Below are positions 11,514 to 24,772 of a DNA stretch of 64,000 nt, in pieces; the stretch's first letter is position 1, and each line of letters opens with the position of its first letter. The translations under genes were made by a program, and so were the position numbers. The stretch is from Blepharisma stoltei ATCC 30299 (lineage: Eukaryota; Protista; Ciliophora), in the NCBI GenBank assembly GCA_965603825.1, contig CBFDEM010000002.1, forward strand, positions 62,001 through 126,000, read 5' to 3'. The notes beneath the pieces are model-generated. The model searched no databases. It was not told where the DNA came from and saw nothing but the letters and a program-made list of their open reading frames with translations.

Positions 11514-12368
11514 TTAAAGTTGGTCTTCTGACTGCGCATTTTGCCAAACCTGTACGTTAAAAACAGTCATTTGAGCTGGCGCAGCTATATTGCTGCAGCA
11601 TCCAGGTCTCGAGCAAGGCCAGGTTCCACCAACAGCCACATTAAGAACAATATTAAAAGGTGTATCAAACGGCGCATTTCCTGGGTATCTTTGCCCAGTA
11701 GTCGTATTCACAGAATACCAGCTGCTTGAAGAAATGCTGCTTATCAAATTGCCTCCAGTTATAACTCCATTTACTATTTGAGCGTCATACCAGAAACTCA
11801 TATAAGTAGGCTGCCAGTCAACCCCATACCAGTGCGCATTACTTCAGTCAGCTATAAATGGATATGTATTATTCGAGGGAGCCGAAGCAGTGTTAGGCGA
11901 TTCTCCTCCAAAATGTAAAGTGGCGTATCCAGCAGTGTTTGTGCATATTGTCTCCATAATGTCAATTTCTCCACAAGCAGCCCAATTTCCATATATGCTA
12001 CGTGAGTTTGGTGGGAGGAGCCAAATTGCAGGCCATATGCCATTTCCTTTAGGCACGATTGCTTTTACGTTGAAAAATCCATATGGACCCCATGAGCTCG
12101 CAGAATAAACTCTTCCAGAGGTGAAATTGGCGCCTAGGTAATTTTCCTGGATTGCTTTAAGAATAAGCGCATTTTGGCCGTTTACTTGGGTAATGTAAAC
12201 ATTATTTGATCTGTTTGTATAATATTGCCATTCCTTATTTCCTGAGTTCACGCTGTACCTAACCATCATTTTCCAGTTGCTGAGATCTTGGAAAGTATCA
12301 TTTAGGACATTGATGAAAGTAGCTGCTGACATTGATGCCAGGGCTAAAACTAAAAGACTAGCCACCAT
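11514..12368 (-). CDS. Secreted GH16 beta-1,3-glucanase (laminarinase-like), copy 1
   Basis: Signal peptide; GIWPAIWLL, GEIDIME catalytic motif, APFDTPFNIVLNVAVGG; one TGA=Trp at 11844-11846 joins two track ORFs. Confidence 0.9.
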
Positions 12369-12485
12369 TTTATTTCTACTACAGAGTATGATTTACTTAT
12401 AAAATAAAACATAAATAATAAATTAAAACATTTTTTCTCCTCACGGTAAAAACAATAATTTCAAAATTGATAAGGATAATTTAAA

Positions 12486-12512
12486 AATTATTTTGCATGA
12501 ATAAATGGATTA
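12486..12512. promoter_or_regulatory. 27-nt element conserved upstream of GH16 copy 1
   Basis: AATTATTTTGCATGAATAAATGGATTA, identical to 14608-14634. Confidence 0.4.
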
Positions 12513-13524
12513 TTATTAAGTTGCTCTATAATAATGTATTCTCTGCTTGGGTGAGCCTATAGGGAAAGTTTTTTGTTCAGCCAAATAATGGTATTATATG
12601 TATTTTGTTGTTCATCATTATATTTCGTTTTATTTCATTTGAGATGCTATAAGAGTTTTTTTAAGCTAATCACTGATATATTCGCCTACCTTACTTTTAT
12701 TATTATCTTTCAATAATTTTTCTATTATGTAATTATATGTCCATATTTGATTAGTAGAGCTTCAGCTAAATGAGAAAATTTCTTTCTTTTTTAAGTGCTG
12801 ATTTATCTATGCCTATTCTTGCTTTTAAAGCACATCTCTAAAAATTATTTCTGATATATAATTATGCTTTAATTTGATTGGACTGTATAAATTGAGAGTT
12901 TCAGCCAATTGAGCGAATTCTTTCTTTTTTAAAGGATGATCAAAAGGAAATTTCACAGAAACTTTTTAATTCACAAAAAAACTATGAACTTTTTATAGAA
13001 AAATTGTTTATTTTATCAAATGAAGACTTTATGTGTAATCTATCATGCTATAGCAATATTTAGCTCATCATTTATTATCTTTACATTTAAGCTTTAAAAA
13101 GCGCTAGAAAATTGTCACTGAATATAAAAATAGAAGCTTCATGACGCCTTATTTTTGGTTTAGATAACTCAAATGAAACATCAGTAATAATATATGAGCT
13201 GAACATTTGAATTAATGCTCCATTGGACTCACTTGAATTGCTATCAACACTAAAAGCGAATAACTCGTTTGTGGGTTCATAATTACTAATCGCTTGCATA
13301 TAAATTACTCATTTCACTGAACCTTTTCTTTTACCTTTGGCAGCTGTTTGGATTGTTTAGAAAAAAGGATTTGCTAAAAAATATGCACTTATTAAAAATC
13401 CAGCCGTCATTAATTCAATTAAAGCTAAGAATTGATAGGTCTAAGATATATTTATCATAATTTCTTAGAAATTTTTGTAATTTTTGTAATTTTGTAAAAT
13501 TTTTATCAATTTTTATTGATTAAT

Positions 13525-14376
13525 TTAAAGCTGGTCTTCTGACTGTGCAACTTCCCACACCTGTACGTTAAAAACAGTCATTTGAGCTGGCACAGCTAAA
13601 TTGCTGCAGCATCCAGAAACTGAGCAAGGCCAGCTTCCCCCAACAGCGACGTTAAGAATGATGCTAAAAGGCACATTAAACGGTGCATTTCCTGGGTATC
13701 TTTGCCCATTCGTATTAGTAGCATACCAGGCGCTTGAAGGAATACTGTTTATCAATTTGCCTCCAGTTATCACTCCATTTACTACTTGAGCGTCATACCA
13801 GAAATTCATATAAGTAGGCTGCCAGTCAACCCCATACCAGTGAGCATTATTTCAGTCAGCTGTAAACGGATATTGGTTATTCGAGGGAGCTGAAACCTGA
13901 TTAGGCCATTCTCCTCCAAAATGTAAAGTGGAGTATCCAGCAGTGCCTGTGCATATAGTTTCCATAATGTCAATTTCTCCACAAGCAGCCCAGCCTCCAT
14001 ATATGCTTTGCCCATTTGGTGGGAGGAGCCAAATTGCAGGCCATAAGCCGTTTCCTTTAGGAACAATTGCTTTTACGTTGAAAAATCCATATGGACCCCA
14101 TGGACGGACTGAGGTAACTTTTCCAGAGGTGTAATTGTAGCCTTGGTAATTTTGCTGGAGTGCTTTGAGAATAAGGGCATTTTGGCCGTTTACCTTGGTG
14201 ATGTAAACGTTATTTGGGCTGTCTGTATAATATTCCCATTCATTATTTCCTGAATTGACGCCAGGCATAACATTTACCATCCAGTTGCTGAGGTCTTGGA
14301 AATTATCATTGAGGACATTGATATAAGTAGCTCCAGATATTGATATCAGGGCTAAAACTAAAAGAACAGCCACCAT
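13525..14376 (-). CDS. Secreted GH16 beta-1,3-glucanase, copy 2
   Basis: Tandem paralog with the same motifs; TGA=Trp at 13852-13854 at the homologous site. Confidence 0.9.
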
Positions 14377-14607
14377 TTTATTTCTACTAATGAATGTGAT
14401 TATTTATATAGAGAATTTTACATAAATACAAAAATAACAATTTTAAGCGTTTTCAATAATATCTTTTGCTTATTTATTTCTTATTAATTAATGATAAAAT
14501 TTAGCCAGCTTTATCTGTAATAAAGCTGAATATTGAGTTCACATAAATTATTTTATTTTTATATATTTTGAGTTAAACAGAAAATATCGACTAAATGCTG
14601 ACATACC

Positions 14608-14634
14608 AATTATTTTGCATGAATAAATGGATTA
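14608..14634. promoter_or_regulatory. 27-nt element conserved upstream of GH16 copy 2
   Basis: Identical to 12486-12512. Confidence 0.4.
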
Positions 14635-14752
14635 GTAAATTGCTTTATAATGTCTATTATGTACTCCCATTTGTTGTAGAATTCTTTATTAGGCTTATAG
14701 GAAATTCTCATTAATCCCTTTCGTTTCCTCTAATCTTAATATATACACTATC

Positions 14753-15358
14753 ATGAGCAAAAATGCTAACACACTCCCAAATTGGCATTTCACAAGCAGA
14801 ACGAGGTCTCATACAAGTGTCTATCAGGCAAGCAAAAAAGAAGTAGAGCATGATCTTGGACTCATGAAATGTATAGATGATAGCTCTCAATCAACGACCG
14901 CTTCAAATAATTTATCAAACACAAGGGCAACTATCAAAAAGAAAATAAAACATTTTAAGCATAAGCAAGTTGACGAAAAAACTGCTCTTCAAGCCTTAAG
15001 CTTGTTGCAAGAGACTCAAAAGCCTGTTCAAAAGAGTGATATGGTAATTAAAATCAAAATCCCCAAAAAGAAAAGCATAAAAACTCTTAGATTACCTCTG
15101 CATCCACAGCTACTGCCCAGCTTTATTTTAAACAAAAAGAATGGGTTTACGTGCTTCGCTAATAGTTTTTGGAAAGTAAAAGGTTTTCCTCAGAAATACC
15201 TTAGCAAATTTTACGAAAAAACCAAAAGGAGTCTTTCAGATCGAGAAAATCTGGTCTGTCCAAGTGGAAAAGGCTCAATACACACCGCTCTTGCATATAA
15301 AATATCCCAAGAAAATGAAAAAATTAAACTGCCTCAATTGAATACCTTGTCTAGATAA
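14753..15358 (+). CDS. Hypothetical basic protein
   Basis: 201-aa ATG..TAA ORF with AT-rich flanks; no recognised motif. Confidence 0.6.
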   Translation: MSKNANTLPNWHFTSRTRSHTSVYQASKKEVEHDLGLMKCIDDSSQSTTASNNLSNTRATIKKKIKHFKHKQVDEKTALQALSLLQETQKPVQKSDMVIKIKIPKKKSIKTLRLPLHPQLLPSFILNKKNGFTCFANSFWKVKGFPQKYLSKFYEKTKRSLSDRENLVCPSGKGSIHTALAYKISQENEKIKLPQLNTLSR

Positions 15359-15750
15359 CTTAAGCTTATAGTAAACTAATTTTTAAAGATGAATCTGCTC
15401 ATACAATAAGGGCATTCTGATTCTGAATATAATTTTAAGATTGCTAAAGAATAAGTTTCAATTAATAGAGACAATTTAGATAATTAGATTGCATACATTT
15501 TCGTTAAAAATGGAAATTTTTTTAATAGCAATACTTTTATGTATCGATTAACAAGTAAGGATGGCTATTATAATAAATTATAATATTTAAAAATTTATTT
15601 TTGCCTAATATGCTTAACACATTATATTTAAGCATTAATTAATATGGATATATAATCAAAGGATTTTTATTTGAATTTTCTTATATTTAATTATCAAATA
15701 TATTTCAATATTTCTGCAGCTTTTTATAGAGTGGTAGATTGAACTTCCAA

Positions 15751-15834
15751 ACTCTAGTCATTGACAACGGATCAGCATATTGCAAAGCTGCTTTAAGAGG
15801 ATACTCCAAGCACATTAGTTGCACCTCATTGTAA
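15751..15834 (+). pseudogene. Actin/Arp N-terminal gene fragment
   Basis: Translates TLVIDNGSAYCKAA (actin LVIDNGSGMCKAG); no nearby ATG; stops after about 27 codons. Confidence 0.6.
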
Positions 15835-15870
15835 TATAATTCACCTATTTAAAAATGTATTTTAAATGAA

Positions 15871-16598
15871 ATGCAAAAGCAGAACTCAATAAAGCGAACC
15901 CTACAGAAATACTTTGCAATTCTATTCACTTTAAGCATATACAGTCTTTTTTATTTAAGCTATCTCAAAATATTTCTAATGCAAGCTGCTTTAGATTTTT
16001 TAGACCTAATTGAAGTCTCGTTTTTACATTTCTTTATCTTCATGAGCTTATTTAGCTACATTACATGCTTCTCTATAAACCCTGGCCAAGTCCCTGCTGA
16101 TTTTTCAATTGATAATATCTCAGAAGACTATAAAATCCCTTTAAATGACAATCATGTAGAAATTGACCATTGTATTGGCAGAATCACATTTTGTGACAAA
16201 TGCAAAAAATATCGGCCGCACCGAGCCCATCACTGTCATAATTGCGAAATTTGTGTATTGAGATTTGACCACCATTGTATACAAAATGCCAAGAAAATGG
16301 TTTTTACCTCTTATTTTCCTTAATTGGAAGCTCAATAATTGCGATAAGCTTAGGGTTGTTTTTTATATACCATTTCTGGATGGTCACACAAAATTTGACG
16401 ACCTTGGAATACACATGAAGAAAGCACAACATTTTTGATATGGGCTGACAAAACAACTTTACCCAAATTTTTGGAAAATCCTGCTTATTTTGGTTTTTAC
16501 CAATCCCATCAGCAAGCCTAACCGGTAGCCAATTCCCAATAAAAATCCGAACAAAAACATCTGGCTATCTTTATTATAACGATAAATTTTTAATATAG
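15871..16598 (+). pseudogene. DHHC palmitoyltransferase with internal deletion and frameshift
   Basis: CDKCKKYRPHRAHHCHNCEICVLRFDHHC in one frame; YHFWMVTQNLTTLE..FDMG(W)QNNFTQIFG..WFLP in another; the PW.NNCVG..N.KFF segment and TM3 are absent. Confidence 0.7.
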
Positions 16599-16627
16599 AA
16601 AAATAATTTTTCTAAAATCATATAAAA

Positions 16628-17998
16628 ATGCCAAGAGAAATAATCACTTTGCAAGTGGGTCAATGTGGCAACCAAATCGGTATGGAATTTTGGAAGCAGC
16701 TTTGTATGGAGCACGGCATTAATAATGAAGGAATTCTTGAAGAATATGCCACTGCAGGAGATGATCGTAAAGATGTTTTCTTTTACCAAGCTGATGATGA
16801 GCATTATATTCCCCGCGCATTGTTGATTGATTTAGAGCCAAGAGTAATCCATACTATCCAAACTTCTATGTATTCAGCTTTGTATAACCCTGAAAATGTA
16901 TATATGAGCAAAGAAGGAGGAGGCGCAGGGAATAACTGGGCAAGTGGATTTTCACAAGCAGAAAGGGTTAATGACGAGATCATGGATATGATTGACAGAG
17001 AAGCGGATGGCAGTGACTCTTTAGAAGGGTTTACACTGCTTCATTCAATTGCTGGAGGCACTGGAAGTGGTATGGGATCTTATTTATTAGAAAGGCTGAA
17101 TGACCGATTTCCGAAAAAATTGATACAAACTTATTCAGTTTTCCCAAATCAGCTGAGGACTTCTGATGTAGTAGTGCAGCCTTATAACTCGTTATTGACT
17201 TTAAAAAGACTGACTTTAAATGCAGATTGTGTCGTTGTGCTTGATAATGCAGCTTTAAATCACATCGCTGTCGACAGATTAAAAATCCCTAACCCGACTT
17301 TTGCTCAAACAAATGCATTAGTTTCTACAGTTATGGCTGCGTCTACAACAACTTTAAGATACCCTGGGTATATGAATAACGACTTAGTTGGCCTTGTGGC
17401 TTCTTTAATTCCAACCCCTCGATGCCACTTTTTAATGACTGGCTACACCCCTTTGACTGTCGATCGGCAAGTCAGCTCAGTCCGCAAAACAACGGTCTTA
17501 GACGTAATGCGAAGACTCCTGCAAACCAAAAACATCATGGTCTCCACCAACACCAAAAAAGGCGTCTACATGAGCATCCTAAACATCATCCAAGGCGACG
17601 TCGATCCTACCCAAGTCCACAAATCCTTACAAAGAATCCGAGAACGCAAACTTGCCAATTTTATCCCTTGGGGTCCTGCCTCAATCCAAGTAGCCTTATC
17701 CCGCAAATCCCCATATGTGGAAACCTCCCACAAAGTTTCAGGTCTCATGCTTGCGAACCACACAAGTATAGCTGACCTTTTTGATAGGATTATCAGCCAA
17801 TATACCAAATTACGGTCAAGAAATGCCTTTTTGGAAAATTATAAAAAAGAAAGGATGTTTTCAGAGAATTTTGAAGAATTTGACCGGTCAGAAGAGGTGG
17901 TCAAAGAATTGGTAAGAGAGTATAAGGCTGCAGAAAAAGAAGATTATATTGAATGGGGTAATGATTTAGACGCTGATTCTGATATAAGAATGAGGTAA
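16628..17998 (+). CDS. TUBG: Gamma-tubulin
   Basis: [46 protein letters not shown]. Confidence 0.98.
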   Translation: MPREIITLQVGQCGNQIGMEFWKQLCMEHGINNEGILEEYATAGDDRKDVFFYQADDEHYIPRALLIDLEPRVIHTIQTSMYSALYNPENVYMSKEGGGAGNNWASGFSQAERVNDEIMDMIDREADGSDSLEGFTLLHSIAGGTGSGMGSYLLERLNDRFPKKLIQTYSVFPNQLRTSDVVVQPYNSLLTLKRLTLNADCVVVLDNAALNHIAVDRLKIPNPTFAQTNALVSTVMAASTTTLRYPGYMNNDLVGLVASLIPTPRCHFLMTGYTPLTVDRQVSSVRKTTVLDVMRRLLQTKNIMVSTNTKKGVYMSILNIIQGDVDPTQVHKSLQRIRERKLANFIPWGPASIQVALSRKSPYVETSHKVSGLMLANHTSIADLFDRIISQYTKLRSRNAFLENYKKERMFSENFEEFDRSEEVVKELVREYKAAEKEDYIEWGNDLDADSDIRMR

Positions 17999-18063
17999 AA
18001 TTAATTATTTATAATAAGCCATTTTTGGAATTTAAATATTTTTATAAAATAAATAAGCGGGAA

Positions 18064-21000
18064 ATGGTCGACTTCGAAAAAATCTTAATTTCGATTTTAT
18101 CAACAGAAAAAGCGACAAGGCAGCATGGTGAAGCCAATCTTGAAGCCCTCTTAAAATCAAGCCCAGAACAAGCCTGCTATGGCTTGATTTCAGCAATTTC
18201 TACTTCGAATCCTGAAATAGCTGGACTAGCCGCCATCCTTTTCAGGAAAAAACTCCTAGATGAAGAATATATAAAAACAATTCCTGAGTCAAGCTGCATT
18301 AATGTGAAATCTTCATTAATTGGCCTTGTTATGCCAGAAAAGCCTTTATCATTATTAAAACTCATTGCAGATGACTTAGTAGGTCTTGCAGTCATCAATA
18401 ACTGGGCGCATGAGCTTATGTCATTTATGGGACAATGGAGCTCATCTGAAAACTCAACAATTAAGCAATTTTCAATGTATTTATTTGAGCTTGCCACAGA
18501 ACACAGTGGGATGATGGTCGTTATGAGCCAAAATGCCGATTCTGTAATGACCATTATGTGGAACGCCTTACAATGCCCAGAAAATAACGTCAGATTGTCA
18601 GCTTGTAAAACTATTATGACGTTTATGATAGGACTGAGTGATGAAATTATTATAAATAAATATGTACAAGCATTAGACTATATTCTTGATTTGACAGCGC
18701 AGGTCCTTAAAGAAGGAAACTACGTCCCAGACCATCTGTGCCAAGTGCTATTTACATTAGCTGAGCTAACTGAAGCGTATCCGAGGCTGTGGAAAGAAAA
18801 AATAGAAAAATTAGCCTCAAATATGTCAGGGATTGCGAGAAATTATCAATTGGCTACTGAGCTGAGGGCAGCTGCTATAGAAGTGATTATTACTTTAATT
18901 AAAAAAATCCCTGGGAGACTCAAAAAAAATGTATATTTTATTCAAGAAATTTTGGCTTTAGGGTTCAGCTTGACTACTGAGGTAGATTTTCCTTATGATC
19001 TAGACGGCTGGAACCAAGAAGGGCCTGAATTAGTGGTAATACAGAATGATCCATATAGCTTAGGAAAAGATTTGCTACTGAGGATGGCGAATTTTTTGCA
19101 AGAGGCTATATTTCCTTATGCGATGCAGCTGATCCCTGCACACCTACAAGCTCCACATTGAGCAAATCAGCATACAGGGATATTGGCGATTGGTATAATT
19201 TCTGAAGGGTGTAAGCCTAATATCAGGCAAATTCTTCCTCATATTATATCTACCTTAACCCCATTTGCAAATTCAGACTCTCCAAGGCTGAAATGGGCAG
19301 TTATGACTACAATTGGCCTCTTATGCTCAGAATTCCACCCAGAACTGCAAAATGCATATCATTTTGAAATCCTCTCTGCCATTCTCTCATGCTTGTCCAG
19401 CAATAACCTCGCCAAAGTCCAAGCCCAAGCCTCAGCAAGCATGGTAAACTACTCCAAAGGTCTCCTCTACAAAAACAGCAGCAAAGATCTTGCCTTATTC
19501 CCTTATCTCAGCACCTTAATCCAGCACTTTTTATCAATCCTAACCTCCCCATCTAGTCCTTTATTTTTGCTTCAGGAAGCCCTTAACGCAATTGCTATGA
19601 TTGCCTGTGCTTCTGAGTCAAATTTTGCCCCATATTACCATCAACTTGTATATGGGCTGAGAAAATTAATAAATTCTAATGGAAATTCGCCAGCCGAAAA
19701 AGAAGTGAGGGCAACTTGTATAAAATGCCTTGGGTGTATTATAGAAAGTGTAGGAGAAGCTGGTGATGCATTTAAAGACGATGCAGTATCATTATTAGAC
19801 GATTTAATGAGGATAAGGAGCACGCTTAACGACGCTGACCAAGTTTTCCAAGCAATTAATGAAGTTCTATCATATTTCGCAAGCTCATTAAAAGAAAGGT
19901 TTGCCCCATATCTAGAAGTGTTAATCCCACAGATATTCGCCCATGCTGAGCAAGTAATTGATTTTAAATTTGCAGACGCTGAAAGTGCTGATGCTTTATG
20001 CCTAGACCAAGGAATGAGTGCCTTACAATTCGAGCTGCGAGGTCTTGGAAAAAAGCAGCTTGCTATCAGTACTACATGTTTAGAAAACAAAATTAAAGCC
20101 TGCAAAATTTTATATGACTTAGTCTCCTCATTAGGAGTTTCTTTTAGCCCTTATGTTGACCAAGCTGCTCAGATTCTATCGAAACTTATAACTTTTCCTT
20201 ATAACTCTGTGATAAGGAAATACTCATTAAAAGCTGTACAAAATTTACAAAGCTGCTGTGCCTCACAGACTCAGGCTGAGCTATTTTTGAGGACATTAGT
20301 TCCGAATTTTATTATAGCATTAGCAAAATCTGGGGTGAGGAATCCTGGAGCTTGTAATAAGCAGCTGAGAGTGCTTTTGAGATGCATGAAAAAGGTGCAG
20401 AATGTAGGGGTTATTGGGATAAGTTCAGCTCAAGAATTAAGCAGGAAGCTTGCTATGTGTCTGAATGAGGTTTTAAATAGAAAAAATTGCAGATCTCATG
20501 AGCAAATAAATCTTGCTGAACAAGATTTGTATGAAGAGGAACTCGCTGAGTTTGAGGAGTCTGAAAGAATAGATGACGAAATTCTGCAAAAAACGATGGA
20601 AATTGTTGGCATTTTACTAAAGTCCTACAAAACTCAATTCCAGCCCATATTTTTACAAGAATTCAAAAGCATTTTTGGTGAATTTCTTTATAAGCCAAAC
20701 GCAACAGAAAACGAAACTCTATTTTCACTCTGCATGTTTTGTGATTATGTTGAGTTTACCCACGATATTTTTTTTAGCAATACGTCTTCTCCTATTGTTG
20801 AGCAATTTATCAAAAATTGCTACCATCATAACCCTGATATCAGACAAAGTGCAGCATATGGACTTGGGCTTTCTGCTTATTTTGGGGACCCAACTGCATT
20901 CAGAATTTACCTTCAAGAATCAATTAAAGCAATCAATTACATGCTGAATCTTCCTGATTCAAGAAGTGAAAAGCTTTTGGTTTCTTCAGAATGTGCTGCA

Positions 21001-21231
21001 GGCGCTTTAGGAAAAATTGCATTATATCATGCTTCTGAACTAATTCCAAACTGGCTGAATTGGCTGCCTTTTAAATCAGACCCTGAAGAGGCCCAAATAG
21101 CACACACTTTGCTTTTTGATAATATAAATTTGCTCAATAACTACAATTCAAAGGTCGCACAAATCTGCGCAGAAATGAAAACACTACCTCTGAATTATTT
21201 ACCAGAAAAAAGCTGTCAGTTGTTAGGTTAA
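18064..21231 (+). CDS. Importin-5 / karyopherin beta-3-like HEAT-repeat protein
   Basis: Two track ORFs joined by TGA=Trp (PH(W)ANQHTGILAIGIISEGC); TTCLENKIKAC, IRQSAAYGLG, WLNWLP..D.EEA. Confidence 0.85.
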
Positions 21232-21713
21232 TTAATTTAACAATTAATAATAGTAATAGGCCTAAAAATTATAGCTTTGAATTAAATAACTTTTTTAGAT
21301 GGTAAAATGATTTTCGTTAAGCTTATAATGGAAGGTCCTTTTTTCCAGTTCAATAGTTAATTTTTGTGTGTTTCAATATGTGTTGAGTATTTTATGAATT
21401 CTTTTTCTAATTCTTTTCTTTTCTCTTCTACTCTTTTTTTTATCTTTTAAATGTAATTTTAAGTTAAAAGACTGATACTTGAAGTCTTTTTGTCGTTTAT
21501 TTTCTTTTGCATCTACCTTATTTTTCATAAAGCTCCCTAATAATTGAGTTGATTTTCTAAAAGTTTATGCCTAAAATTGGTCAGAAGTGACTTGAGGTAG
21601 CTAAGGTTTTATCCTGTGTTGTAAAATTAAAATTTAGCATTGAAAAGATACCATCATTTATAAGAAATAGTCCAAAACTTCTCTCAAATTTTATTTATTA
21701 TTTACTAATAATT

Positions 21714-23330
21714 ATGATAAGAAACAGACTCAAAACAAGCTCATCAGTGATCGACGTAAACGAAGATAAACTTCGAAAGCTTCAAAAAGAGTTTCTAAGA
21801 GGCCATAATAGGATAAGAATCTCTACTAAAAAAGTTGCGAAAAGTGAGCGACAAAGCCCAGCTGTAGTTAGCTCAGCCAGTCAGCTTCCTAAGCCTTATG
21901 AAGTCTTACAAAATTATTTAAAAAAGCGAAACATAGAGAACCAAGAATCAAGCCCATCTCGAGAAGTAAACACTTCCCGAAAAGGATTTGGTTCTACTGC
22001 AAAACTGCATGCAAAACCTACTCACAGGCGAATTTACTCTGATCAATTTCAAAATGGTTTTAATATCCCATTAAAGCAAGAACCTGAAGAAAATCCACAA
22101 AATTTCCCTATTAATCTTGTAAGAGTAAGCCCACCAAAAACAGACGCAAGAAAAAAATCGTTTTTCGATTTAAATCTCACTCCTCGAAAAAAATCTCCAC
22201 TGAACGCTTCAAAACAAAATTCAATTAATTCATCTACTTCAGAGCTCCAAATTGAAGAAGAAACTCGAGAAAAGCTTATCCAGTACATTTCCTCATATTT
22301 CAGAAAGCATTTAGAAGAACCTACCACTTCTTTAGAATTTTATCAAGTTGGCGAAATGATTGGAAAAGGGGCTTTTGGAAGAGTAATGCTAGGGGTTCAC
22401 AATCTGACTGGGTATAAAGTAGCACTTAAAGCTATAGAAAAAATCCACATGAAAAATGAAGACTCCAGAAGGAAAGTTTTGCATGAGGTACTAATTTTGA
22501 AAAAAGTTCGACATAAAAGGGTGAACAGAATTCTCGAAGTTTTTGAATCCTCAAAATTTTTTTATATTGTTATGGAATATGCAGGTGGTGGAGATCTCCT
22601 CCATTTTGTAAAAAGAAAAGGCAAAATACTAGAAGGAGAAGCCAAAAGAATTTTTAGACAAATTCTTGAAGGGGCTATAGCGATCCATTCTCATGGTATC
22701 ATTCATAGAGATTTCAAGCTTGACAATATTTTAATAGACTCAGATTATTCTTCTGTCAAAATTTGTGATTTTGGAGTAAGTCGTTCTATCAAGAAAGGAG
22801 ATATAATAAATGAGCAATGCGGAACACCAGCTTATCTGGCCCCAGAAATGATAATTGGGAGAGGATATGAAGGAGTTTCAGTTGATATCTGAAGCTTAGG
22901 AGTCCTATTATATGCAATGCTGTGTGGAACAGTTCCATTTAAAGCCAAAAATTTGAATGACTTGCATAAGTTGATTTTATTAGGAAAATATAATATTCCT
23001 GACCATATCTCAGAAGAAGCAAAAGACTTAATTTCAAAATTTTTGACAGCGATACCACAATATAGAATTACACTGAGAGAAGCTTTGGAGCATAGATGGT
23101 TTTACACGGAAGATACAGAGCCTGAAGCTCCCAAGCCAAGATTTTCAGATATTCAGACAGAAAGAGACTTAGAAAAAATAAATGAATCAATTGTATCACA
23201 TGTATCTAAATTTGGATACCCAAGAAGCTACCTAATTAATGCATTACAGAATGGAGATCTCAATCATTCAACTGCATCATATTATATCTTGCAAGAAAAT
23301 GCATTGAAATTGCAAGCCTTGAATTCATAA
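21714..23330 (+). CDS. SNF1/AMPK/MARK-like Ser/Thr kinase with long N-terminal extension and UBA-like tail
   Basis: IGKGAFGRV, HRDFKLDN, DFG, CGTPAYLAPE, VDI(W)SLG with TGA at 22890-22892; NHSTASYYIL. Confidence 0.9.
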
Positions 23331-24772
23331 AATCTATTTTTACAATTTAATTTAATTTTTAAATTTTCTTGGATAATTTAATACAAACATTTATGGAAAA
23401 GTAAAGAGATTTTTTAGAATAATATTCTATGATAAATCATTTAAAAAATGATTAGGAAGAATTTGTAGCACGAGTAAGGATTCTGCTACAGCATGAGTCT
23501 TTCTAGTTGTGAATGTATGAAGCATTGCAGTTAAAATGGAGATAAAGACATGATGCAATGAGGAGTCAGGGAGACAGCGCGAAGATAGAGATTCAGTGGA
23601 TTCTGGGAAACTTTTAATTTAGATGTTCTATTTTGAATGCTCAAGTAGATGATGCATTTAAAACAAAATTTCTCGTAAGTGTGGATGCACTTGGAGATCT
23701 GATGGAGTTTTGTTGTTGTGAATATACGGAGTTTAACTTGGTGGAAGTAATAGAACTTTTGCTTTGTGGAAGAGGTGAACAGCTAATTAAAAAGAGAAAA
23801 GTGCTGGTAAGCCGCAGTAAAAGTTCAAGATAAGATTCAATTAAAATTTAAAAAAATGTTTTTGGCAATATTTTTGGGTGTGCTAACATGCGGAAAAATG
23901 TCCCGAAATATGAGCCCATCCCATTTTAATGATTAAATAATATCGCAACTATATGATTATTGACATGCAGCCATTCAAAAAACACCAAAAATTTCCGTTG
24001 GATCTAATGGAAGTTTTTATGAAGATACATTTTTACAATATTCTTTAAATAGTGTCAAGCTTGAAATTGGATTTAAGATTTAATCCTGCCTTTTGGTTGA
24101 CTCTCCTAAAATCTAAATATCTCTGATATAAATCGATCTGACCCTATCAAGAATTGATTTTTGTGATAATATCTAAGTCTGATCTAAAATTATAGTTTCT
24201 GATAAAATGTCATCATATGCTTTAATTTGCCCTTTCTCTTCCAGAGGACAATCGAGCCTTATCAGGTGGTACAGCAAACACCATTTGGATATGATACTTT
24301 CGCAGCCCCTCCTATTAGTTAGAAATTTCTATGTGTTTTCCATTTGAAATATGGTTTTTAAATTAGAATGAATGATTCCATAAATTATCAGTTTTGTTCT
24401 ATCTTGGTTAGTATTTTTTATTAGCCTCTTTTTAATGAGGCTATTCTAATGATTTTAAAGAGCTGAAATTCTTTTTCAACAATTTAATAATTAATAATCT
24501 GAGAATTTTAAAATTTATATAAGATTAAGGTTTCTTAGAAAATTTCCAATAAACTTATATGACCACTTCCCTTATGCCCTACGATTTAATGCTATAACCT
24601 GAGCCAAAATGAGGCTCAGTTTATATCATATTCTCTTTTATAAGCGTACAATTCACTTTATTTCTGGATTGCAAACTCGCTTAAGTCTATTTATAGAAAT
24701 AAACTATTAAATTTAAAGAGATATTTAAAGGATTATTAATTTTAATTAATATTTAAAGCCTGCAATAGAATT

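Noticed and set aside
21295-21540. Lys-rich minus-strand open frame between importin and the kinase
   Set aside because: Low-complexity A-rich sequence, no convincing 5' end or motif
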